Shown: piece after piece, positions 1 to 8,531 of the stretch
How the letters are laid out: every line of letters starts with the position of its first letter
How positions within the stretch are numbered: position 1 is the first letter of the stretch
Source: Candidatus Vogelbacteria bacterium RIFOXYD1_FULL_46_19
Lineage (GTDB): Bacteria; Patescibacteriota; Minisyncoccia; Phycocordibacterales; XYD1-FULL-46-19
Assembly (NCBI GenBank): GCA_001824825.1
Contig: MHTK01000006.1
Coordinates: forward strand, 1-46,415
DNA length: 46,415 nucleotides
Direction of reading: 5' to 3'
Position numbers and translations under genes: made by a program
The notes under the pieces: model-generated
Told to the model about the DNA's origin: nothing
What the model saw: the letters and a program-made list of their open reading frames with translations, nothing else
Databases searched by the model: none

Positions 1-1
1 A

Positions 2-607
2 GAAAGTCAAATCGCTTCTTCCACCGTCTTATCATCATTAGTGACAGGAGGCTCCATCACTTCCGCCTATTGGACCCTAGACGAAACTACGGGCCGTATC
101 AAACCCTTTGCTCTCCTAGACTTAAATGGTCAGGATATTATTAATATTAAATCCCTCGCCTCGCTGTCTGGTAAATGGAGTTTGAGTGAGGCTGGGGTGC
201 TTGAGGTGGAGGAGGTGGTAACGAAGCGCTTGACTAGCAAAAAGGGTGTGACCACAGAAGATAAAACGACGGGTGAATTTTACTGTATTTATGTTGATGG
301 AGGACAATTAAAAACAGAAGAGGGTCGTTGTGAAGATTTAGTAGATATTGAAAGTGAAAAAGTAGATGAATTTGTACTACCACCTGAAGAAGAATCTCCA
401 GAGCTTGAACCAACAACTTCAACCACTACTCCAATTGAAGAAATTCAATCACCTACAGAAGTTGCAGTAGGGGAGACAGTAGAGGATTTTCCACTTGAAG
501 AAGAAGTTCCAAAACCTGAAGTAGAAGCTCCACCAACTCCTGAACCTGAAGCAGAAATTTTATCAGTTGAAGAACCTACTGTAGATGAACCGTCGCCAAG
601 TATTTAG
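2..607 (+). CDS. C-terminal part of a large surface/secreted protein with a Pro/Glu/Thr-rich tail (5' partial)
   Basis: Frame is open from position 2 upstream of the called GTG at 41. Low-complexity EEPT/PEPE tail, stop at 605-607. Confidence 0.6.
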   Translation, partial: ESQIASSTVLSSLVTGGSITSAYWTLDETTGRIKPFALLDLNGQDIINIKSLASLSGKWSLSEAGVLEVEEVVTKRLTSKKGVTTEDKTTGEFYCIYVDGGQLKTEEGRCEDLVDIESEKVDEFVLPPEEESPELEPTTSTTTPIEEIQSPTEVAVGETVEDFPLEEEVPKPEVEAPPTPEPEAEILSVEEPTVDEPSPSI

Positions 608-687
608 AGATTAAGTTTTATTAAAAGTAAATTAATTAAAAACCTATACTGTTGTAAGTGCCTAGTGGTAGGAAGAAGGGTACGACA

Positions 688-726
688 TAAATAGAAAATA
701 CCCGAATGTCGAAAGACAGACGGGCA
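688..726 (-). terminator. Intrinsic terminator of the 749-1279 gene
   Basis: Minus-strand hairpin TGCCCGTCTGTC-TTTC-GACATTCGGGTA followed by TTTTCTATTT. Confidence 0.7.
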
Positions 727-748
727 TTTACTACACTTGGAAGGGGTA

Positions 749-1279
749 TTATCTTTTGGCCAGCTTTAGATCGTCCAGCGGCTGGCACGAAGCGATGTGG
801 TGCTCATGAATTTTTCCGTAGGCTTCGCCGGTCCGGCGATTAACCGGTGTGGAGACAACCTGGTACACCCATAGGGAATCCCCACCACGGATGCGCTCGC
901 TGTCCTTGATCGCTACTTCAGCCATAACTTCCGCCATGATGGGGGTTGCACTCGGGTTGTTGAGTACAACCTTAACGCTTTGAGGGAACTGCCCAAGGGC
1001 GTCCCGAGCGTTAAGGGCAAGTGGCCCGAACACAACACGACCTTTCCCGATAAACTTGAAACTCGGAGAGCTAATTTCTTGGGCGAAAAATTCTGTTGCC
1101 GGTTTGGTCTTGAGAGCCAAGTCCGTCGCTTCCCACGCCGTCGCTTTTTTGACGGTTTCGGCCCGTACTTGTTGGTCTTCCATGTGCAGTTGGCTCATGG
1201 CCACACCAAAAGTAGCGATGCCAATACCTAAAGCTAGAGTGATATAGGAAAGCTGGGCTTTCCACGTCTTAGTATTCAT
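749..1279 (-). CDS. Hypothetical exported/membrane-anchored protein
   Basis: ORF track 749..1300. The ATG at 1279 is preferred because GGAAAGGGA (SD-like) lies 5 nt upstream. N-terminal hydrophobic helix (ITLALGIGIATFGVA). Confidence 0.65.
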   Translation of the reverse strand: MNTKTWKAQLSYITLALGIGIATFGVAMSQLHMEDQQVRAETVKKATAWEATDLALKTKPATEFFAQEISSPSFKFIGKGRVVFGPLALNARDALGQFPQSVKVVLNNPSATPIMAEVMAEVAIKDSERIRGGDSLWVYQVVSTPVNRRTGEAYGKIHEHHIASCQPLDDLKLAKR

Positions 1280-1346
1280 AAGAATCCCTTTCCAGCGCAT
1301 AAAGCACTTTGTCGAAGATCTAATGACTCGAACAATTACTGATCAA

Positions 1347-1375
1347 ATAATAAGCAACTAAATCAATTTTGTCAA
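1347..1375 (-). promoter_or_regulatory. Sigma70-type promoter TTGACA-N17-TATTAT
   Basis: Reverse complement of 1370-1375 is TTGACA and of 1347-1352 is TATTAT, with a 17-nt spacer. Confidence 0.7.
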
Positions 1376-1429
1376 TTAGGAGATTGGTGTTTTATCCACA
1401 GTATCAGTTTCTTTCGGTTTAAATATTTT

Positions 1430-1471
1430 AAATAAGAAAACGCCGATGCTGGTCAGGGCCAGCATCGGCGT
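1430..1471 (-). terminator. Intrinsic terminator of the 1478-1984 gene
   Basis: Stem ACGCCGATGCTGG/CCAGCATCGGCGT (1440-1471) with a U-rich tail on the minus strand. Confidence 0.8.
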
Positions 1472-1477
1472 CATTTG

Positions 1478-1984
1478 TTAGGGACGGACAAAATATAGCC
1501 AGTCTCCATTCCTTTTGAACCTGCTTACAGGGACCTCTTCGCCTGTCCAAACCTTTTCGATCAGACTGGGCGCGAGAGCAACAATACCGGCGGATTGATC
1601 CGCCGCCCGGCGTGCGAAGACGAAGTGGTTTCGCAAAGGAGCTCCTTCTATGTATAAGGCAAAACTCTTAACTCCTTTAGAAATTATTTTCGCGGTCCCG
1701 GCCGGCTGGGATCTATCGAAATCTTGTTTGAATAAAAGTCGATAGTAATCCTCAGCCGGCATAGTTCCTTCGCGGTCCCATTCCACTCTCTCTTTTTTTT
1801 CACTTTCGGCTTTAGCCGCCAGGTAGCGCTCTCGCTGTGTCAACGACATCATCGCGAGTGCATCGTGTTCACACATTCCCACCACCGTCCGCGCAGATTC
1901 CTTCTGGATACGATATTGGCTCCACTTGGGGTGGAGGACAGCGATGATCAAAATTACCACGGTCAGAATTCCTATTTTCTTCAT
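1478..1984 (-). CDS. Hypothetical protein with N-terminal signal/TM helix
   Basis: 168-aa ORF starting MKKIGILTVVILIIAV, with SD AGAAAGGA upstream and its own promoter and terminator. Confidence 0.7.
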   Translation of the reverse strand: MKKIGILTVVILIIAVLHPKWSQYRIQKESARTVVGMCEHDALAMMSLTQRERYLAAKAESEKKERVEWDREGTMPAEDYYRLLFKQDFDRSQPAGTAKIISKGVKSFALYIEGAPLRNHFVFARRAADQSAGIVALAPSLIEKVWTGEEVPVSRFKRNGDWLYFVRP

Positions 1985-2019
1985 GGCGGAGTCCTTTCTA
2001 TGTTTTTGGCTCTAATATC

Positions 2020-2048
2020 ATTCTACTATAAAAGGAATTAATTGTCAA
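2020..2048 (-). promoter_or_regulatory. Sigma70-type promoter TTGACA-N17-TAGAAT
   Basis: Reverse complement of 2043-2048 is TTGACA and of 2020-2025 is TAGAAT. Confidence 0.75.
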
Positions 2049-2118
2049 GCTAAAGCGAGCTGGGGTTGTCTTTATGATAGTGTCTAAGTTTTAGAATTCT
2101 TATTTTTTCTTTAAATAT

Positions 2119-2153
2119 AAATAGAAAAACCGGTGGCTGTGTACAGCCACCGG
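2119..2153 (-). terminator. Intrinsic terminator of the DUF1559 gene
   Basis: Inverted repeat CCGGTGGCTGT/ACAGCCACCGG (2130-2153) followed by TTTTTCTATTT on the minus strand. Confidence 0.8.
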
Positions 2154-2173
2154 GTGGAGGAGGATTCTCGTGA

Positions 2174-3103
2174 TCACCCAATCGCACGACCAAGAAGAGC
2201 CATTATGGGATTACACGGGAATTCCGCGGGATATTTGATGAACTCAACATGACCATCCATGTACAGCACATTGGCACCGCCGGGCACGTGATGGAAGTCT
2301 TTGACGTTGTCGTTGACCTGATCCCACATCACAGGAATGGTGCTTTGCGCTTGAGCGCTACCGGCAGGATTGTTGATATCTGTGATCAGAAATCGTTCAA
2401 CCCCTTCTTTAAGACGGAAGATGGTGTTTCCGCCGGCATTGCCTTGGACAATAATGTCTCCGGCCGCGTACCCGTTAGCAACCAGGTATGCGTCAGCTTG
2501 TCCCTGAAGAACAGTGGCGGTCAAGGGGGTGTTGAACTCGATGTCACCGTCAGCATATTCATCGTAAGCTTGGGGTGTTCCAATAAGTCCCACCCCGTCG
2601 CTCACGGCCGCGTGGACAATGAAACTTCCGAATTCGTTGGTATTAGAAGCCAACCAACCGTAATACATGTACCCGCGGTCGTCGAATTCTTTTGCATCGA
2701 GCTTCTCAAAATTGGGGCTACTTGCGGTTTGGGTGCACCACGAACCAGACGGGCAAACCAGAAATTCGTCAGGATCGGAGGCGGCATCGGATGGGCAGAA
2801 GTAGACTTTCATGTCTGACAAATATTCCGGATAAATGGCTGGTCCGTTTGGTGTTGCCACCCAACCCTCGCCGGTTGGCGAATCGGCGTTCCATTCTGAC
2901 CCGCAAGGCGGGAACTTGCTACCAGGTGACTCCCCGGCGTACATCTTCAGGACGATACCCCACTGCTTCAGATTGTTCTGACAGCTGGCTCGCCTTGCCG
3001 CCTCCCGCGCCCGCGCTAGGGCGGGCAGGAGAATGGCGGCGAGAATACCGATGATAGCGATGACAACCAACAGTTCGATGAGTGTAAACCCTCTCTTCTT
3101 CAT
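2174..3103 (-). CDS. DUF1559-family prepilin-type N-terminal cleavage/methylation protein with C-terminal H-X9-DG motif
   Basis: [44 protein letters not shown]-terminus, CPSD motif, [15 protein letters not shown] motif. SD AAAGGAGG upstream. Confidence 0.92.
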   Translation of the reverse strand: MKKRGFTLIELLVVIAIIGILAAILLPALARAREAARRASCQNNLKQWGIVLKMYAGESPGSKFPPCGSEWNADSPTGEGWVATPNGPAIYPEYLSDMKVYFCPSDAASDPDEFLVCPSGSWCTQTASSPNFEKLDAKEFDDRGYMYYGWLASNTNEFGSFIVHAAVSDGVGLIGTPQAYDEYADGDIEFNTPLTATVLQGQADAYLVANGYAAGDIIVQGNAGGNTIFRLKEGVERFLITDINNPAGSAQAQSTIPVMWDQVNDNVKDFHHVPGGANVLYMDGHVEFIKYPAEFPCNPIMALLGRAIG

Positions 3104-3543
3104 AATGAGACCTCCTTTTAAGGTGCTAGTCTTGCACTCAAGCTAAAAACATTTCAGCTCAAGATAACTGCAAGATAATTAAGCCAAATTTATCCTGTAC
3201 TTATTGAGAGTTTTTGTCAATCAATCAGGACTTTTCAAATTTCGAAATCAACAATTTTCTCTCTATTCCCAACTAGGAGACGACCGTCGTAAAGGTTGGA
3301 ACTTAAAATAAAAATAATATTACATAGGTTGGACCTTGGGGTATGAAATTGTGGGGGGTGGGTAATTAATTTCGGCCTTGTCATAGTTTAGATTTCATTT
3401 TTTAAATTTTAATTTACGGCTTGAGATGTAAGATCGTCTCAACCTTTTTCGTTAGTAGATTAACGTGGTCGAGATTTTAATAGTAGTAGTGATCGACCCT
3501 TGGTCGATAGTAAAAAATTACTAAACATAATCTATTAAGTACT

Positions 3544-3732
3544 ATGGCTCAAAACGATAAAAATGGCGGACGGGGGTTCGCCAGTATGGATGAAGAAAAA
3601 CGCCGACAAATAGCTAGCAAAGGTGGCAAAGCAGCCCATGCTAGCGGCCGGGCTCATGAATTTACCTCGGAAGAAGCTCGCGCCGCTGGTCGCAAGGGTG
3701 GACAAAGCCGTCGCCAGAACAACAATGAATAG
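3544..3732 (+). CDS. KGG-repeat general stress protein (YciG/Con-10/GsiB-like)
   Basis: RGFASMDEEKRRQIASKGG and FTSEEARAAGRKGG repeats. Confidence 0.9.
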   Translation: MAQNDKNGGRGFASMDEEKRRQIASKGGKAAHASGRAHEFTSEEARAAGRKGGQSRRQNNNE

Positions 3733-3790
3733 AGTATTCTCGGCAGCCAATAGAGACGGTCCAAAAAAAGCTTAGGTTTTGTTAGCTTTT

Positions 3791-3812
3791 CCTCCCAAGC
3801 GGGAGGTTTTTT
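3791..3812 (+). terminator. Intrinsic terminator
   Basis: CCTCCC-AAGC-GGGAGG followed by a T-run. Confidence 0.55.
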
Positions 3813-3914
3813 GATGTGAGGGGATACTCGTAGAGTTATCCACCTTATGGTTCTGCTTGCTTTACGTAGCTTAATTTCTATAATAACAAAGATTCCACAC
3901 CCCCTTCTTTCTTA

Positions 3915-4499
3915 ATGAAAACCCTATCTTCAAAAAAACTCCAAATTCACTCTGTTGCCCGCAGTGATTTTTTTGTGGCTAAGCCGGAGCGAATGATGGA
4001 GTGGTTGGGCGGAGTAAACTATGAAAATTTGCAAAAAATTTTGTCCGAGATGAAAGGGATGATGCTAAGCGAGCCCAAAGAAGAAATTCAACTCCTAGTC
4101 AACTCCTTTGGTGGGGCTACCGGGATTGGGATGAGCTTTTACGATGCGGTGACGACGTGGCTTAAACCCGACTTGTGTACGATCGGCTCGGGTGATGTGG
4201 ACTCGTCAGGAATTATTATCTTTCTAGCTGGTAAAAGACGCTTCCTGACTCCCAATACGACCATGCTTTTTCACTTGGCCGGTCGAACTTTGGGTAATGA
4301 TCAGCGTTTCTCAACAGCGGATATGGGGAGTATGTTAAAAGAGGACAAGTTGAAAGATTATCAGTACGCTGGGGTGGTCTCGGAGCGGACCGGCGGCCAG
4401 TATTCTCGGGAAGCCGTGTTGGAACTAATGGCCGGCAATACCATTGTCACAGCCGAGGAAGCGGTGGTGATGGGTTTAGCTGATCAAGTTTTAATCTAG
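3915..4499 (+). CDS. ClpP-like peptidase subunit
   Basis: LLVNSFGG, DSSGIIIFLAG (catalytic Ser region), TMLFH (His), and C-terminal TAEEAVVMGLADQV. Confidence 0.8.
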   Translation: MKTLSSKKLQIHSVARSDFFVAKPERMMEWLGGVNYENLQKILSEMKGMMLSEPKEEIQLLVNSFGGATGIGMSFYDAVTTWLKPDLCTIGSGDVDSSGIIIFLAGKRRFLTPNTTMLFHLAGRTLGNDQRFSTADMGSMLKEDKLKDYQYAGVVSERTGGQYSREAVLELMAGNTIVTAEEAVVMGLADQVLI

Positions 4500-4580
4500 T
4501 TTCTTACTGGTTTATCTCGCCTCAGGGCAAAAAAAAGTTATAATGATAAACAATTATTACTCATTTTAACTAAACTATAT

Positions 4581-4982
4581 ATGAGAGGATATATTTCTAA
4601 TATTGAACAAGATACTATTAATAATGACAGTTTCCGTAAGGTACTGTACACCGCGAAGCATAGTCAGCTGGTTTTAATGAGTCTGCAGCCAGGGGAGGAT
4701 ATTGGGAGCGAGACGCATGACCTCGATCAATTTTTCCGAATTGAAGCGGGGAGTGGCCAAGCTGTTTTAAACGGGGCAGAGGTACCGGTTAGTGACGGCT
4801 CGGCGGTAGTGGTACCCGCCGGCACCGAACATAATATTATCAACACTTCCACGACCGAAGCCTTAAAACTTTATACTATTTACTCGCCACCGGAGCACCG
4901 AGACGGGGTGGAGTATAAGACTAAAGCGGAGGCGGAAGCGGCCGAAGAGCATTTTGACGGTCAGACGTCGGTTGCTGACTAA
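4581..4982 (+). CDS. Cupin-domain protein
   Basis: Cupin motifs GEDIGSETH-DLDQFF and VVVPAGTEHNIIN. Confidence 0.88.
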   Translation: MRGYISNIEQDTINNDSFRKVLYTAKHSQLVLMSLQPGEDIGSETHDLDQFFRIEAGSGQAVLNGAEVPVSDGSAVVVPAGTEHNIINTSTTEALKLYTIYSPPEHRDGVEYKTKAEAEAAEEHFDGQTSVAD

Positions 4983-4996
4983 CTTAATACTTGGTA

Positions 4997-5614
4997 ATGA
5001 AAAAAGATCAAACCAAGAAGCTAACGGGCTTTTTATTTGAGATTGGTAATTTACGGAAAGTTTTGCGGGCGCATCAGCAGATGCTTCTATCTTACGACTT
5101 AACCGACACTATTGCTTCGCACTCTTTCCGCGTGGCTTTTATTGGTTATTTTTTAGCCAAAGAATTGGGGGCCGATGCCGATAAGGTGCTAAAGATGTGC
5201 TTATTGCACGATTTGGAAGAATCCCGCTCGATGGACCACCACTGGGTGAGCAAGAAGTATGTCAAAATTTATTCGGAGGAAATTAAGAAGGATCAGTTTG
5301 ACGGTTTACCGCACGGCTTGGATTTGGTCGCAATATTAAATGAATACGAAGAGCGGAAGACACTGGAGTCTAAGGTGGCGAAAGATGCTGACCTGTTGGA
5401 TCAGAGTTTTCTACTGAGGGAGTATGAGTGGCAAGGTAACAAAGAGGCCGCTAACTGGCTCGCTGGCCGGGCCGGCAAGGGCAAAGGTGGTAAGGGGCTT
5501 AGTAACCAAGAGCGCTTGATGCATACCGACTTGGCTAAAAGCATTGCCAAGGAAATTAAAAGTCAGGCACCAAGCGACTGGTGGGCTAAAGCCTGGACCC
5601 CCGATCGGCGGTAA
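4997..5614 (+). CDS. HD-domain phosphohydrolase (YfbR/HD_3-like)
   Basis: IASHSFRV, LLHDLEE and KDADLLD motifs. ATG at 4997. Confidence 0.85.
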   Translation: MKKDQTKKLTGFLFEIGNLRKVLRAHQQMLLSYDLTDTIASHSFRVAFIGYFLAKELGADADKVLKMCLLHDLEESRSMDHHWVSKKYVKIYSEEIKKDQFDGLPHGLDLVAILNEYEERKTLESKVAKDADLLDQSFLLREYEWQGNKEAANWLAGRAGKGKGGKGLSNQERLMHTDLAKSIAKEIKSQAPSDWWAKAWTPDRR

Positions 5615-5701
5615 TGGATACCATTTTTGACACCAGCTGTATTTCCTGTTAGAAATTAGATCGGGTTGATTTGATCGCAAACAAAACAGGGAGGTAATGG
5701 T

Positions 5702-6109
5702 ATGTCTAACTTGTTGCTGTCGCCAGATACTAAATCAGAAGTAATTAACGTGGATCTGGCGACTGTGCCCAAAAGTTTTTTCCAGAAGACTGAATTGCCC
5801 GACGGATCAGAATATTTAGGTGTAGTGGCCAGTACCACGACGCGTCGCTTGTGGGTGTACCTGCAAAAGGAACAACGCCGGTTGGCGAAACTAGTGAACC
5901 AGCTCACACCCGGAGACCCTGCGGCAATAAAGAGTCCGGAAAAACGAAGTCGGGTCCAAGCCGAGATTGAGGTTATGCAAAGCCGAATGAAGGCTCTGGA
6001 AACAGAATTTGATCGGAGACTCAAAGCTGAACTTCCCCAATTTTCACCCGGCAGAGACGTAGCCTACGTTTTGCCACGGTGGGAAGTTTACACCTGCCGT
6101 ATGAATTAG
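5702..6109 (+). CDS. Hypothetical protein (coiled-coil)
   Basis: 135-aa ORF with GGGAGG SD and a terminator directly downstream. Confidence 0.65.
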   Translation: MSNLLLSPDTKSEVINVDLATVPKSFFQKTELPDGSEYLGVVASTTTRRLWVYLQKEQRRLAKLVNQLTPGDPAAIKSPEKRSRVQAEIEVMQSRMKALETEFDRRLKAELPQFSPGRDVAYVLPRWEVYTCRMN

Positions 6110-6117
6110 TAGTTTTG

Positions 6118-6157
6118 ACCCCGTCGCAACCGAAGGTTGCGACGGGGTTTGTCTTTT
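6118..6157 (+). terminator. Intrinsic terminator
   Basis: ACCCCGTCGCAACC-GAA-GGTTGCGACGGGGT followed by a T-rich tail. Confidence 0.85.
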
Positions 6158-6259
6158 CTGTAACTCGTCCAGGTAAGAATTTTTTTTCACTACCGTCTCT
6201 TATAGTAAGGAAAGACCGCCGAGGGTGATATATCCCTCGGCCCTTTCCCGCCCAAAAAT

Positions 6260-6352
6260 ATGATTATCAACAAACAACAATCAAAACGCCTAGCGGCCAA
6301 AGCCCGAGCTCGCTTGCAGCAACGTCTTATTATCTATGGCATGCTCTGGTAA
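6260..6352 (+). CDS. Candidate 30-aa small protein MIINKQQSKRLAAKARARLQQRLIIYGMLW
   Basis: Read by hand, below the ORF-track cutoff. Preceded by a TATAGT element and a 5' hairpin at 6209-6248. Confidence 0.3.
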   Translation: MIINKQQSKRLAAKARARLQQRLIIYGMLW

Positions 6353-6516
6353 CATTTCTGATGCAAGCATATTTATTGCAACACCATATGGTCACTATGG
6401 CGGATATTTTTTGGTGCGTTTTTTACAAATTTACATGGATACTCAATATTTATAACACACCTGGGTCTGCCCCGAAGTTAAACTTCGGGGAAGGGGTGAG
6501 TGTGGTGTAATGAGGT

Positions 6517-6795
6517 TTAGCTAGAGGAAATTATTTTATAAGAGTGATTGGGTCTACTTTCCGGATCTTGCTCTTGGTATTCGAATGTTAAATTATGCTG
6601 ATCAAAATAAGTGAAAAATTCATCCCAGCTTATAGCTTTCAAGTTTTCATCCTGAACACCAAAGTCGATGCGCAATAAACCACTATTTTTACTAGGATTC
6701 GTGGTGGCTACTTTGGCTGGCTGGCCACCTCTAGCTAGAGTCCAAGCTTTAATAATATGGGGATCAGTTGTTGAGGTGATCAGACGGTGGTTCAT
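6517..6795 (-). CDS. Conserved small hypothetical protein
   Basis: TTDPHIIKAWTLARGGQPA, LRIDF and ISWDEFFTYFD match a widespread small stress-associated family. Confidence 0.7.
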   Translation of the reverse strand: MNHRLITSTTDPHIIKAWTLARGGQPAKVATTNPSKNSGLLRIDFGVQDENLKAISWDEFFTYFDQHNLTFEYQEQDPESRPNHSYKIISSS

Positions 6796-6985
6796 AGGTA
6801 AGAAGGTTAGATAATGTTAAAAAGTATTAAACCTCTGCCCTGCGGTTGGAAATTGATGAAAAATTATTCTTGGATTAATTCTAATACTTCAGTCAGATGG
6901 TAATTGTTAGCTTGGAATTTTCGTGTGGGTTTACTAACGAAACGAGCGGGGTATTCTTGCAGGTAAAAATCACTATAATGTAGCA

Positions 6986-8140
6986 ATGGAACCTCTAGCG
7001 GCGCGGTTGCGACCTAAAAACCTAAAGGAATTTATTGGCCAAAATCACCTAGTGGGGCCGGGCAAACCTTTGCGAGCGGCTATTTTAAAGCGACATGTCT
7101 TCTCCTTTATCTTATGGGGTCCGCCGGGGGTGGGTAAAACTACCTTAGCTCGAATTTATGCTCGCTCAGTTGGTCTGCCTATGTATGAGTTATCGGCCGT
7201 GTCGGCCGGTAAGGAGGATATTCGGCGAGTCTTAAGCGGAGTGTTTGAACAAACGGTTATCTTATTCTTAGATGAAATTCATCGCTTTAATAAGGCTCAG
7301 CAAGATTTTCTCCTACCTTACGTGGAAAAAGGTCAGTTGGTTTTGATTGGGGCGACCACGGAAAATCCTAGCTTCGAAGTGATACCAGCTCTGCTTTCTC
7401 GGTGTCGAGTATTTGTCCTTAATAATTTAAGTGAAACCGAACTAAAGAAGATTATGGTCCGAACGGGATTTAAGCTGGATTCAGAATCATTAAACTGGCT
7501 GGTGGCAGCCGCCGGTGGGGACGCTCGTCAAGCGTTGTCAATTTTGGAAAATACCTCACATTTATATAAAGAAATCAACTTGAAAAATTTGCTAGCGAGC
7601 CTGCAGGATAAAAAGTTGCGCTATGATAAAGGTGGTGAGGAACACTACAATGTTATTAGTGCCTTTATAAAAAGTTTACGGGCCGGTAGTCCTGACGCCG
7701 CTTTATATTATTTGGCTCGGATGGTGGAAGGTGGCGAAGATCCAAAGTTTATTGCTCGCCGGATGGTTATTTTTGCCTCGGAGGATGTGGGTCTCTCTCA
7801 ACCGACGGCCTTGGTGGTCGCTAATGAAGTGTTCCGAGCGGTGGAAACTGTGGGTTTGCCGGAGGCGGGTTTGAACTTGGCTCAAGGAGCGGTGTACTTG
7901 GCCACGGCCGGGAAAGATCGGCGAGTTTATGATGGCTGGCAGCAGGCCCTTGCGGACGTGAAGAAGTATGGCAATTTACCGATTCCCAAAAAAATTTTAA
8001 ATGCTCCGACCGCCTTGTTAAAAAAGTTGGGTTATGGGGCCGGTTATAAGCAGTACGAGACTGAGGGCTTATTGCCGGAAACCTTGACGGACCGACATTA
8101 TTGGTTGAACAATGAAACTAAACCGACCAAGAAAAAATGA
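6986..8140 (+). CDS. rarA: Replication-associated recombination protein A (RarA/MgsA AAA+ ATPase)
   Basis: PLAARLRP, WGPPGVGKTT, LFLDEIHRFNKAQQD, GATTENPSF, ISAFIKS, ASEDVG. Confidence 0.95.
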   Translation: MEPLAARLRPKNLKEFIGQNHLVGPGKPLRAAILKRHVFSFILWGPPGVGKTTLARIYARSVGLPMYELSAVSAGKEDIRRVLSGVFEQTVILFLDEIHRFNKAQQDFLLPYVEKGQLVLIGATTENPSFEVIPALLSRCRVFVLNNLSETELKKIMVRTGFKLDSESLNWLVAAAGGDARQALSILENTSHLYKEINLKNLLASLQDKKLRYDKGGEEHYNVISAFIKSLRAGSPDAALYYLARMVEGGEDPKFIARRMVIFASEDVGLSQPTALVVANEVFRAVETVGLPEAGLNLAQGAVYLATAGKDRRVYDGWQQALADVKKYGNLPIPKKILNAPTALLKKLGYGAGYKQYETEGLLPETLTDRHYWLNNETKPTKKK

Positions 8141-8154
8141 GATATCATTTCTGA

Positions 8155-8195
8155 GATTAAAAAATCACTGTCCTTAAGACAGTGATTTTTTAATC
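8155..8195. terminator. Bidirectional terminator between convergent rarA and the DUF378 gene
   Basis: 18-bp inverted repeat GATTAAAAAATCACTGTC/GACAGTGATTTTTTAATC. Confidence 0.85.
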
Positions 8196-8203
8196 TAAAA
8201 TTA

Positions 8204-8431
8204 TTAGACGCGACAATTTTTACAGCCACAGGTAAAAATAGCCACTAAGCCGGAGATACCAACCACAAGGTAGACTAGGTTCTCGGCCATCGGCCAGCTA
8301 CCCAGAAGCAGGGAAACCAAGTTCCAGTCGCCCCCCATAAGATAACCTAAACCAACTAGGCCCCAGTTGAGAGCGCCCACGATAACCAAAACCCAAGCCA
8401 CCAAAGCGAGAGATTTATTGTTCGATGTCAT
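8204..8431 (-). CDS. DUF378-family small membrane protein
   Basis: LVIVGALNWGLVG and VYLVVGISG signature. Confidence 0.9.
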   Translation of the reverse strand: MTSNNKSLALVAWVLVIVGALNWGLVGLGYLMGGDWNLVSLLLGSWPMAENLVYLVVGISGLVAIFTCGCKNCRV

Positions 8432-8531
8432 TAAATTATTTATTAAATTAATAATGGTCGACCAAGACTTTCTTATAAGTTATTATAGTACGAAGTTTAA
8501 TAGGTCAGCATTTAATTTATACACAACAACT

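Noticed and set aside
380-600. GAA/CCT-rich quasi-repeats as a DNA repeat element
   Set aside because: Explained by the Pro/Glu-rich low-complexity protein tail.
1392-1400. Perfect DnaA box TTATCCACA as a sign of oriC
   Set aside because: Single box. The other near-matches (3836, 24784, 41950) are scattered, and no dnaA/dnaN or box cluster is present.
2249-3054. Plus-strand ORFs of 189 and 120 aa, and similar antisense ORFs elsewhere in the track
   Set aside because: Shadow frames opposite or within well-supported genes.
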